Shown: in pieces, positions 37,055 through 45,594 of the stretch | How positions within the stretch are numbered: the stretch's first letter is position 1 | How the letters are laid out: each line of letters begins with the position of its first letter | NCBI GenBank assembly: GCA_016861205.1 | Contig: BOKX01000001.1 | Location: 328,539 to 392,538 of the forward strand | DNA: 64,000 bases | Source of the DNA: Patescibacteria group bacterium | GTDB taxonomy: Bacteria > Patescibacteriota > Microgenomatia > UBA1400 > PJMF01 | Reading direction: 5' to 3' | Notes under the pieces: model-generated | Seen by the model: the letters and a program-made list of their open reading frames with translations, nothing else | Database searches by the model: none | What the model was told of the DNA's origin: nothing | Program-made: the position numbers and the translations under genes

Positions 37055-37659
37055 CTGGCTCGACCTAAACGATACTTCAGCTCGCCAGCTCGCTCGCCAA
37101 TTACTTTGGCTGGCACTCCAGCGGCGATACTATTGGCTGGCACCGACTTTGTCACCACTGCGCCTGCTCCGATCGCTGCACCACGACCAATACTCACACC
37201 CGGCAAAATAATCACTCTAGGTCCAATGAACACATAGTCTTCAATCACAACCGGCTCTTCAATAGCTCGGAAACGCTCATCAGTTAGGTCATGTTGACTG
37301 GTCCAAATCATAACTTCTGAGGCAATATCAACATGGTTACCAATAGTCACCCCGCTCTTTGAACTAGCGAGTTGCCGACGGCCGTCTATGGTAACTCGCT
37401 CACCAACAATGGTGTCATCACCAATCGTCACAAACCTCGGGTCAAAAAATCGCCCCATCATGTGAATCGTCGAGCCATGGCCAATCTTCATACCAGCTAA
37501 GCGATAGAAAAACCGCCTCAAGTGATGTGAGGGGACGTACCCGACTCCCCACCATAAAAAACCAGTCACAAACTCCAGCCAAATACTGCTTAGCCGGTTG
37601 AGTACCTTTGCGGTCAAGGACCGTCGACCTGTTTGGGAAACATCTGTTGAACCTGTCAT
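37042..37659 (-). CDS. Left-handed beta-helix (hexapeptide-repeat) sugar O-/N-acetyltransferase
   Basis: Repeating [LIV]GxxxxI hexapeptides (IGPRVIILPGVSIGRGAAIGAGAVVTKSV). Confidence 0.7.
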   Translation of the reverse strand: MTGSTDVSQTGRRSLTAKVLNRLSSIWLEFVTGFLWWGVGYVPSHHLRRFFYRLAGMKIGHGSTIHMMGRFFDPRFVTIGDDTIVGERVTIDGRRQLASSKSGVTIGNHVDIASEVMIWTSQHDLTDERFRAIEEPVVIEDYVFIGPRVIILPGVSIGRGAAIGAGAVVTKSVPANSIAAGVPAKVIGERAGELKYRLGRARWFQ

Positions 37660-37663
37660 ACCA

Positions 37664-38692
37664 TCATTGTACTAAATCTGGCTTAGTCTCGCCTACTGAT
37701 AATCCTAAATGTTGGTAAGCAGCTGGGGTAATGACGCGACCTTTCGGTGTTTTTTGGATAAAGCCGATCTGCAGCAGATATGGCTCCAAAACCTCTTCAA
37801 TTGTACCTGGATCTTCACTAAGGGTGGCCGCAATCGTACTCAACCCCACTGGTCCACCGCGGTGTTTATCAATAATAAGCTCCAAGAATCGACGGTCGTG
37901 ATCGCTCAAACCAGCTTGATCAATCGCGAGCAACCGCAAAGCTTGCTCAACAATGTTTTGATTAATGATCTCAATGGCTTGCACTTGAGCAACATCACGG
38001 ACTCGACGCAACAACTGTAGAGCAATCCGCGGTGTACCTCTGGCACGCTGGGCAATCAGGTCTGCGCTGGTAGTATCAAGCTTGATGCTGAGTTTATCGG
38101 CTGCTCGGGCCACAATTTGAGTTAGATCGGCTGGCTGGTAGTGAGTCAATCGGTGCGTCATCCCAAACCGGTCACGAAACGGACCGGCCAACGTGCCAAA
38201 CCGTGTCGTCGCGCCCACCAGGGTAAAGGGCGGGATGTCGAGCCGCACTGTTCGGGCCGACGGACCTTTTCCGATCACAATATCGAGGGCGAAGTCTTCC
38301 ATGACTGGATAGAGGGTTTCTTCGACTGCCTTGGGCAGACGATGAATCTCATCGATAAACAAAACGTCCCCTGGCTCCAGATTTGTAAGAATGGCGGCTA
38401 AGTCACCAGCCTTGGCTAGGGCAGTCCCTGAGGTCAATCGCACGTTCACACCCAGCTCTTTAGCAATCAAGTGCGATAAGGTGGTCTTACCTAAACCTGG
38501 CGGTCCATAGAGTAATGTGTGGTCGAGCGGTTCATGTCGTTGCTTGGCGGCTTCAATGGCAATCTGGAGGGACTGTTTGATGGCTGGCTGGCCGATAAAC
38601 TCATCCCAAGCCGCTGCCCGAAGTGAAACCAAGACAGGATCTTCATCAGTCGGAGAAGTGATAGTTACGGTGGGGTCAAATGCGTCGGTCAT
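37664..38692 (-). CDS. ruvB: Holliday junction branch-migration ATPase RuvB
   Basis: [22 protein letters not shown] Walker A, FIDEIHRL Walker B, AAA+ plus winged-helix C-terminus. Confidence 0.95.
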   Translation of the reverse strand: MTDAFDPTVTITSPTDEDPVLVSLRAAAWDEFIGQPAIKQSLQIAIEAAKQRHEPLDHTLLYGPPGLGKTTLSHLIAKELGVNVRLTSGTALAKAGDLAAILTNLEPGDVLFIDEIHRLPKAVEETLYPVMEDFALDIVIGKGPSARTVRLDIPPFTLVGATTRFGTLAGPFRDRFGMTHRLTHYQPADLTQIVARAADKLSIKLDTTSADLIAQRARGTPRIALQLLRRVRDVAQVQAIEIINQNIVEQALRLLAIDQAGLSDHDRRFLELIIDKHRGGPVGLSTIAATLSEDPGTIEEVLEPYLLQIGFIQKTPKGRVITPAAYQHLGLSVGETKPDLVQ

Positions 38693-38708
38693 ATCTTGTC
38701 CGAATGGT

Positions 38709-39281
38709 CTAGCGAGGTTTACCTAGTAACTTCATAGCCTGTTTTAACAGCACTTTCAACTCAGAACTCTCTTTGGGTAACTCAGGAAGAACCTGGTAGA
38801 TCTCAGCCTCATCAAATCCCAGTGACTGCAAGGCAGCTACTAGATCTTGTTCGAGTTGCGAACGAGGACCAAGCGATAACTCTTGTAAACTACCCAGTTT
38901 CCCCTTTAGTTCAATAATAATTTTCTGGGCGAGCTTTGTACCAACTCGCGGAATTGAGGTAAAGTACTTAACATCGGCAGTTTGCACGGCTTGCACCAAT
39001 GACTCTGCCCCCCGATCAATAATCGTTAAAGCAATGCGTGGGCCGACGCCTGAGACATCTAGAAGTAACTCAAAAACTTCTTTTTCCCGATACGTCCCAA
39101 AACCAAATAAACTCAGCTGATCTTCTCGGACATGCGTGTGAATAAATAGCTCGGCTTCTTCCAGACTACCCAGTCGCTGGGCCGTGGAAGTACCGACTTC
39201 CACACCATAACCTACACCATGAACCACCAGGATAAAGTGTTGACCGATTAACTGTGGGCGACCTTTTAACCAAGCAATCAT
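38709..39281 (-). CDS. ruvA: Holliday junction DNA-binding protein RuvA (start set at MIAWLKG)
   Basis: [10 protein letters not shown]...[13 protein letters not shown]-fold N-terminus, then HhH motifs ([11 protein letters not shown]) and a C-terminal domain. Confidence 0.85.
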   Translation of the reverse strand: MIAWLKGRPQLIGQHFILVVHGVGYGVEVGTSTAQRLGSLEEAELFIHTHVREDQLSLFGFGTYREKEVFELLLDVSGVGPRIALTIIDRGAESLVQAVQTADVKYFTSIPRVGTKLAQKIIIELKGKLGSLQELSLGPRSQLEQDLVAALQSLGFDEAEIYQVLPELPKESSELKVLLKQAMKLLGKPR

Positions 39282-39335
39282 AGAATTGTAATTTCGTGTT
39301 TTTTGATCAGAAGTTCGGTGTTCTTTCGCCACCAA

Positions 39336-39854
39336 CTATACACGCTTTGGCCAGCGAACTGAAGCGGCGTGTGTAATCAGAAGTGCCAGTGCATCAAGAG
39401 TGTCGTCGAGCAGCTTGGCGGGGGGCAGCTGTTTACCCAGTTGGAGGCGAACCATTTTTTCGACTTGTGTTTTGGTCGCTTTACCATGACCGGCAGCCGC
39501 TAACTTGACGCTACCAGGATTGTACTCGTAGATCAGACAACCCTGCTGTGTAGCACAGGTTTTAAGAGCCCCGCGCACCTCAGCTACTGCCAACGCTGTA
39601 GTCTGGTTCTTGCTAAAAATGAGGGTCTCCAAGACAACCATTTCTGGTGCCAATTTCGTCATTAACTGCTCGACAGCCATAACCAGCTCACCCAACCGCT
39701 CATTAAAGCTGAGCTGCTTCTGCGTGGTAATACACCCCCAACCAAGAAGCTTGAGCTGGCCACCTTCAACTTCAGCTCCAGCCCAACCTAACCGATCGTA
39801 ACCTGGATCAAATGCCACTATGCGATGTTTTGCCATATTAGTTACCAACTCCAC
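39336..39854 (-). CDS. ruvC: Crossover junction endodeoxyribonuclease RuvC
   Basis: IVAFDPGYDRLGWAGAEV catalytic-Asp N-terminus, ...YEYNPGSVKLAAAGHGKATKTQVEKMV. Confidence 0.8.
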   Translation of the reverse strand: MELVTNMAKHRIVAFDPGYDRLGWAGAEVEGGQLKLLGWGCITTQKQLSFNERLGELVMAVEQLMTKLAPEMVVLETLIFSKNQTTALAVAEVRGALKTCATQQGCLIYEYNPGSVKLAAAGHGKATKTQVEKMVRLQLGKQLPPAKLLDDTLDALALLITHAASVRWPKRV

Positions 39855-40714
39855 CAGGGACGCTCTTGAGGAGACTCAATTCGAAAACCCAAGGGATAGT
39901 ATTCTGGCTGAAAAATCACTTTTTCAAACTGAGTCTTGATCACCCAACGGTAGTGTCCTGTCGACTCATCATAGCTGTACTCCATCGGGGCACAACTTGT
40001 AATTTGTCGGAACAACTTGGGGTTAAAAGCCTTCAGTTGGGACAAGTTACGAGGACACAAACTAGGGTCATCTGACTCGACACACAAAGCCTTGAGGTGT
40101 GCATTAAAATGATGATACTGTCGAACTTGATCTTCGCATCGCATAAGTAGCAAAAATCCACCCACCGCGGTTAAAACTGAGATCGTGAAACTCAGACCCA
40201 ATAAGGCGAGTGACCAGTTTAGCCAAATCCGAACTTTCGCCCAAGTGTGTCGCGAAGCCAACCTAATCATCAACACCCCACCCAGGACAATCAAGGGAAA
40301 AGAAATCAAGAGCGCCAGCGGCACAAAGTACAGTACGATGCTGACTGGCCAAAAAGCAGTTGCTATGTCTGAAGGCGCCACGACCTCTGACCACCGTCCC
40401 GCTAGATAACCCAGGGCCAACCAAACTGGTCGAGTAGCCACATAGAGACCATGTATCAGCCAATACCAAGGATGGTCAGCTTCGGCACTCGATACTTCTA
40501 GTAACCAAATACTGGTCAGAGCCAAGATGGTAGGCCAGATTCCAAAGACTACTGCCACTAAGCCTAACCCTCGATTTTTGAGTTTGGCAGCTGGTTTTTG
40601 CCCCGCATTGATGCGCATCGCCACAACCGTCGTGAACACCGAGCTACATACAATTACCACAGCAACGACACCCCAAATCCCGCTCTGATACAGCCAGCCG
40701 AGTGGAGTCATCAT
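39842..40714 (-). CDS. Hypothetical polytopic membrane protein with a Cys-containing C-terminal soluble domain
   Basis: ~6 TM in the first 200 aa, then a hydrophilic tail (CEDQV...CVESDDPSLCP...). No family recognised. Confidence 0.45.
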   Translation of the reverse strand: MMTPLGWLYQSGIWGVVAVVIVCSSVFTTVVAMRINAGQKPAAKLKNRGLGLVAVVFGIWPTILALTSIWLLEVSSAEADHPWYWLIHGLYVATRPVWLALGYLAGRWSEVVAPSDIATAFWPVSIVLYFVPLALLISFPLIVLGGVLMIRLASRHTWAKVRIWLNWSLALLGLSFTISVLTAVGGFLLLMRCEDQVRQYHHFNAHLKALCVESDDPSLCPRNLSQLKAFNPKLFRQITSCAPMEYSYDESTGHYRWVIKTQFEKVIFQPEYYPLGFRIESPQERPWWSW

Positions 40715-41874
40715 GATTTTTTGGCTGAGGTAGCCACCTCCTCAAGTGTTTGCAGTACTACAGCTGCACTGCTTGACCAATCAAACTTTCTCAGCTGCTG
40801 CCGGGCTAGTCGTTGCAACCGCAGTCTCTCGCTTGCTCGCAAAGTAACAGCCTGATATAAGCCTCGAGCAATATCGTTAATGTCTAGGGGATCAACCAGT
40901 ATCCCTGCCTGCCCCACCACTTCAGGTAAACTGGTGGTATTGGACACCACTGGGACTGTACCAAACTGCATTGCCTCAAGGGGTGGCATCCCAAACCCCT
41001 CATACAAACCAACTAACACACTGGCGGTGGCTGTTTGGTACAGGGCTGCCTTAGCTTGATCATCGATAAAACCTGGTAGCACAATCCGCGACCGGTATGG
41101 TGACTCATTAATCCTGGCTAAGATACCATCTGCCAACCAACCAACCTTGCCTGCTATTACTAGTTGTAGCTGCGGCTGGCTGGAACGTCCTACTTCATGG
41201 TCTAGTCGAGTCGCCAACTTTTCAAAAGCCGCCACGAGCCGCTCCAAGTTCTTACGCGGCTGCAAAGTTCCGACATAGAGAAGGTATGGACCAGTAATCC
41301 CCATAGCCTTCAAAATTGCTTTTGATCTCGTGAGTGGGACCTTAGCTACCTGACTTGTGGTGGCTGGGTAGGCCACAACCACTTCTTTGGCCCGGCGACG
41401 ATACTGTTTCACCACGTCCTTTTTGGTCGCCTGACTAATCGCAACGACTCTTTGGGCATGGCGAACACTGTATGCCGTCCAGTGTTTCAGTTGAATATAG
41501 TCGCGCCGTTTAAATTGGGTCGGGAACTCCAAGAAAGCCAGATCCATCACCGAAGAAACATAGGGCACCACTGACAGTCTTGGTGCATAGTGACCCGGCG
41601 TGAAAAGCACATCGTACCGAGGAGCGTGTGTGAAAAGATGCCAGGGCAAAGCCAACTGTGTCCAAAGTGGATGTGGACCTACAACCTCGTACTGCCAGTT
41701 TGGTCCGGGTTGAGGCAGATCAGATTGGGGAGTATCTGCCAGCAACACGGTCACTTCAATATCTGGCCGGTGACGAGTTAGTTGGGCCAAAGCTGAAATG
41801 AGCTGGTACGCATACACATTGCTACCAACACGGTTTGAGACATTGGCTTCGTTGCCATCAATTGCAATCCGCAT
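40711..41874 (-). CDS. GT4 (GT-B) glycosyltransferase (start set at MRIAIDG)
   Basis: MRIAIDGNEANVSNRVGSNVYAYQ; C-terminal EGFGMPPLEAMQFGTVPVVSN. Confidence 0.75.
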   Translation of the reverse strand: MRIAIDGNEANVSNRVGSNVYAYQLISALAQLTRHRPDIEVTVLLADTPQSDLPQPGPNWQYEVVGPHPLWTQLALPWHLFTHAPRYDVLFTPGHYAPRLSVVPYVSSVMDLAFLEFPTQFKRRDYIQLKHWTAYSVRHAQRVVAISQATKKDVVKQYRRRAKEVVVAYPATTSQVAKVPLTRSKAILKAMGITGPYLLYVGTLQPRKNLERLVAAFEKLATRLDHEVGRSSQPQLQLVIAGKVGWLADGILARINESPYRSRIVLPGFIDDQAKAALYQTATASVLVGLYEGFGMPPLEAMQFGTVPVVSNTTSLPEVVGQAGILVDPLDINDIARGLYQAVTLRASERLRLQRLARQQLRKFDWSSSAAVVLQTLEEVATSAKKS

Positions 41875-41878
41875 AGTT

Positions 41879-43018
41879 TTATCTTCCGCCAGCTGCTTGA
41901 TGATAAACTCGGGTGGTTTCCAAGGCCACTCGGTTCCAGTCAAATAAATGTAACCTAACAATCATTTGTTGTGCCCGGCGTTGCTGGGCTGTGGGTGACT
42001 CACTCAAAATTGCCTTGAGTCCATCACGGATACTCTCGACGGATTCGGGGTTAACTAGTACAGCCGCATTGCCAGCTACTTCAGGCAAACTGGATACGTT
42101 GGAAGTGACTACGGGCGTACCATGATGGAAAGCTTCCAAAATAGGCAAGCCAAAGCCCTCGTACAATGACGGATAAGCAAAAGCCTCAGCCTGACTATAG
42201 AGCACTGCCAGTTCCTGATCTGTGACCTTACCCAGCAACCGCAACTGACCTTTACTTTCAGCTAGCCACTTGTCACTGTCATCCCAGCCAGCTGCACCAG
42301 CAATCAACAGTTGGTACTCTTTAGCCAAAGGTAGCCAAGCTTTAATCAGTCGATCCATGTTTTTGCGCGGCTCCCGAGTCCCAACAGCCAAAATGTACGG
42401 TCGATCGAGTTTGAGCCGATGGACCACTGCTGCTTCGACCTCCTCAGTGATGCTTTGGCTAGCCGCTACAACTTCTTGAGGTAAAGCCTCGTGAATCACG
42501 GTAATCTGCTCACTCGGGATATCGAGATACTCCATGATGTCAAGCTTGGTAGCTCGACTAACAGCAATAATGTGCGCACGACGCGCTTTGAGTGTTTTCC
42601 AAGCTCGTTGGTGATGAGCTAAGATCTCGGGATGGGCTGTCTCGGGAAACTTTAACATCGCCAAATCATGGATTGTCGAAACCAGCGGCAGATCCTCATC
42701 GGGTGGCTGCACCCAGTCCCAGCTGTGAAAAACCTGCAGCCTGGGCCAGAAACTCCGTACCGAGTTCAAGGTGGTGTGTGACCACAACCAGCTCAAAGCC
42801 CGTGGTGGCAACGACTGAATATGGCTGGCGGCTGGTTTAAGCTCTGATACCAAGTTGGTTAGTTTCGATTTTTGCCGCAGCGATGAGCCATAGAGATGGA
42901 CCGCCACATCAGGTTGCTGCCCCAGACATCTCACTAGATTAGTAGTGTATCTAGACACTCCCCGACCGTACACCACTGACGAGATGTCGACACCAACTGC
43001 TAAACGTGTATTGCTCAC
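41879..43018 (-). CDS. GT4 (GT-B) glycosyltransferase
   Basis: RLAVGVDISSVVYGRGVSRYT N-terminus; EGFGLPILEAFHHGTPVVTSN. Confidence 0.75.
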   Translation of the reverse strand: MSNTRLAVGVDISSVVYGRGVSRYTTNLVRCLGQQPDVAVHLYGSSLRQKSKLTNLVSELKPAASHIQSLPPRALSWLWSHTTLNSVRSFWPRLQVFHSWDWVQPPDEDLPLVSTIHDLAMLKFPETAHPEILAHHQRAWKTLKARRAHIIAVSRATKLDIMEYLDIPSEQITVIHEALPQEVVAASQSITEEVEAAVVHRLKLDRPYILAVGTREPRKNMDRLIKAWLPLAKEYQLLIAGAAGWDDSDKWLAESKGQLRLLGKVTDQELAVLYSQAEAFAYPSLYEGFGLPILEAFHHGTPVVTSNVSSLPEVAGNAAVLVNPESVESIRDGLKAILSESPTAQQRRAQQMIVRLHLFDWNRVALETTRVYHQAAGGR

Positions 43019-43039
43019 AGGTATCCTTCTAAACTACTG

Positions 43040-44521
43040 TCAGTTACTACTTATTCTGCCACTTGGTTTTGACCAGATTCTGACAAATCCCACACCAGGC
43101 CAGCTACGCAGTTCCACCTCGGTATAACCCAAGCTGCGCAAAACTTGGTTGACTTTCCGCGCTGGATCACTCAAGTCATTCAGGTAGTCAAAGGTCACCA
43201 CATACTCATACTCAGTGACTGGCTTGAGCACCTCAGCTAGATCGGGGACTTGATCAACGTGGAGCTGACCAGTAGCTATGACCGAGTACCCGTCATCATC
43301 ATACCATCGCCAGGGTGCAAAGGCCTCTGGGAAGGCAAACACCGCCACCGTTTTGGTAGCAGGATATCGGCTACGCACCCAAGTCTGAACCGCTCGCCAG
43401 TCTTCGCGTTGATACTGTGGCTGCCGATAGTAGGCCAAGGTTCCCCATACATTTATAACTAGCAACAATCCTAAGCCAAAACTACCCCATTTAACCTTCG
43501 ATTGCGTTCCTAACCAGCCAACCAATAGGTACCAGGCTGGCAGAGAAAATAACACCCGCTTCGGCTGCAAAACTGGAATCACAAACGACACCAGCCAGGC
43601 ACCGAGAATCGGCAACACCAACCACACACTCGCGATAACCACGGGATGATTCCAAGACCAGCGGCCGACTTTCCGCAGCTGCCAGCTGACCACCCCAAAC
43701 CAAGCACCTATCCCGACCAAGCCTGCTATAAACGGCCAGCTCACCTCAACATCCAAGACCCCAAACACAAACTTGGCCACCACCAGTGGCAAGGATTTCA
43801 GCTGCGGCACACTGACAACCGCTGACCAACCAGGCAACTGAGCTTGAACGTCTCCGCCTGCTGCCAGCTGCAAGCTAAAAATTGGCAGCCAGGGCACCAT
43901 CGCTAGAGCCATTCCGACCGCTGTTATGATGCTCGCTCGTCGCCAAGTCGGCCGGCTAAGCCATAGATACCCCAGCTGGGTCGCTAGCAAAAAAGGATAT
44001 AAGTATGAACTGTACATACCAGCCACGCCCATCACTCCCCACAGACCCCACCATCGAGCCACTGGCACTCGCGAGGTACTCTGTTTTACTAACCACCACC
44101 AACTCAACATAGCCCAAAAGGTAGGTAGTGAGTACTGACGCAACTCCTGTGAATAAAAAATATGGAACGAGCTGGTAGCCAGCAACCCAGCACTCCACCA
44201 TGCAGCTTTAGGACCCGTTATTTTTTCAGCGATCTTAAAACATAGATAAACGCTCAAGACACCCGGCACCAAGGCTCCCCAGAACCGCAGCCACCACTCA
44301 GCGTGACTCACGTACTGAACTACATGAAGTATCAAGTGCAGTAAGGGTGGTTGGAAATCAGGAATGATTTCAAACTGTTGCCACCAGGGCCGAGAACTCT
44401 CGAGTGCTTGGGCTGCCTCGTCGAGCCAAAATGAGCCAGTCAACAGCGGTAACCGCAGCAACAAACTCAGGCCAACTACCATCAGCCATCCCCACTTCAC
44501 CCAAAAAGACTGTTTGCTCAT
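43040..44521 (-). CDS. GT-C fold glycosyltransferase of the ArnT/PMT_2 (GT83/GT39-like) type. It uses a polyprenyl-phosphate-sugar donor. An alternative TTG start is at 44557.
   Basis: ~12 TM. The first periplasmic loop carries LDEAAQALESSR and FQPPLLHLILHVV, matching the GT83/GT39 signature (DE.ryae.a..m / KPPL.yWl). Confidence 0.65.
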   Translation of the reverse strand: MSKQSFWVKWGWLMVVGLSLLLRLPLLTGSFWLDEAAQALESSRPWWQQFEIIPDFQPPLLHLILHVVQYVSHAEWWLRFWGALVPGVLSVYLCFKIAEKITGPKAAWWSAGLLATSSFHIFYSQELRQYSLPTFWAMLSWWWLVKQSTSRVPVARWWGLWGVMGVAGMYSSYLYPFLLATQLGYLWLSRPTWRRASIITAVGMALAMVPWLPIFSLQLAAGGDVQAQLPGWSAVVSVPQLKSLPLVVAKFVFGVLDVEVSWPFIAGLVGIGAWFGVVSWQLRKVGRWSWNHPVVIASVWLVLPILGAWLVSFVIPVLQPKRVLFSLPAWYLLVGWLGTQSKVKWGSFGLGLLLVINVWGTLAYYRQPQYQREDWRAVQTWVRSRYPATKTVAVFAFPEAFAPWRWYDDDGYSVIATGQLHVDQVPDLAEVLKPVTEYEYVVTFDYLNDLSDPARKVNQVLRSLGYTEVELRSWPGVGFVRIWSKPSGRISSN

Positions 44522-44556
44522 AGTCAGTAACCAATTACAATCATGGTATAGTAACA

Positions 44557-44574
44557 ACTATCTCGTGCGATAGT
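44557..44574. promoter_or_regulatory. Palindrome ACTATC-N6-GATAGT in the divergent promoter region between the GT-C gene and the UDP-GlcA decarboxylase gene; candidate operator
   Basis: Perfect 6-bp inverted repeat with a 6-nt spacer, flanked by AT-rich TAGT-rich sequence. Confidence 0.25.
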
Positions 44575-44613
44575 TTAGTATATACAGGTTGCGCCTGTCC
44601 CTGAAAGTAGAGT

Positions 44614-45594
44614 ATGTCATCAGGAACTGTCATTATTACCGGAGCCGCTGGCTTTGTTGGGTCACACTTAACTGATCGTTTTCTATCTGACGGCTGGCGT
44701 GTCGTGGGGGTCGATAACTTGATCACTGGTCGCGATGAAAACCTCGCCCACCTTCAGGGAAATCCCAGCTTTACACTCATTAAGGCAGATGCGAGCCAAG
44801 ATCCAGCCGGCTACCTCCCCGCTGACGTGCAACCCGACTTGGTTCTCCATTTCGCTTCTCCGGCCAGTCCACCTGTTTACCAAGCCCATCCCGTTGAGAC
44901 GTATCTTGTTAACAGTCTTGGCACTCATTTCTGGCTGGAGTGGCTTCGCGAAGCTCATCCTCAAGCCCGGTTTGTGTTTGCCAGTACCTCTGAAGTGTAT
45001 GGGGATCCTGAAGTCCATCCCCAAGTTGAGTCATACTGGGGCCGGGTCAATCCGAATGGTCTTCGATCATGTTATGACGAGAGTAAACGGCTTGGGGAAA
45101 CCATTTGTGGCGTCCACCAACGTGACTTCGGCATGGATGTGCGAATCGTTCGCATTTTCAATACCTATGGCCCCCGAATGAATCCAGCCGATGGCCGGGT
45201 GATCCCTGATTTCATCGCTCACATTCTTAAAAATGAACCAGTGGTCATTCATGGAACTGGTGACCAAACTCGATCGTATTGTTATGTGTCTGACTTGGTA
45301 GATGGCATCGTGGCATTAGCGACCCAAGAGGGACATAGTGGTCTGACAGTGAACCTCGGCAACCCCGAGGAGTTCACCATCAATGAAACCGCTCAAATCA
45401 CATTTGAAGTGGCCAAGGAGTTAGGACTGACTATCTCGGATACACTCCAAACCACCTTCAAACCACTCCCAAGTGACGACCCGACCCGGCGGCAACCTGA
45501 TATAACATGTGCCCGCCAAAAACTAGACTGGTTTCCGACCGTTTCGTTCCGAACTGGTTTGCGAAAAACTATCGGGGCATGGCACTCTCAGTAG
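44614..45594 (+). CDS. UDP-glucuronate decarboxylase / UDP-xylose synthase-like SDR (ArnA-C-terminal-domain type)
   Basis: VIITGAAGFVGSHL Rossmann motif, ASTSEVYGDP, and SCYDESKRLGET (the UXS YDEGKR motif rather than the YxxxK of 4,6-dehydratases). Confidence 0.75.
   Translation: MSSGTVIITGAAGFVGSHLTDRFLSDGWRVVGVDNLITGRDENLAHLQGNPSFTLIKADASQDPAGYLPADVQPDLVLHFASPASPPVYQAHPVETYLVNSLGTHFWLEWLREAHPQARFVFASTSEVYGDPEVHPQVESYWGRVNPNGLRSCYDESKRLGETICGVHQRDFGMDVRIVRIFNTYGPRMNPADGRVIPDFIAHILKNEPVVIHGTGDQTRSYCYVSDLVDGIVALATQEGHSGLTVNLGNPEEFTINETAQITFEVAKELGLTISDTLQTTFKPLPSDDPTRRQPDITCARQKLDWFPTVSFRTGLRKTIGAWHSQ

Noticed and set aside
45569-45594. 26-nt convergent overlap between the UXS-like gene (+) and the 536-aa membrane protein gene (-), considered as a possible frameshift or pseudogene signal
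   Set aside because: Both ORFs are full length with intact N- and C-terminal motifs. Short convergent overlaps are common in compact genomes.
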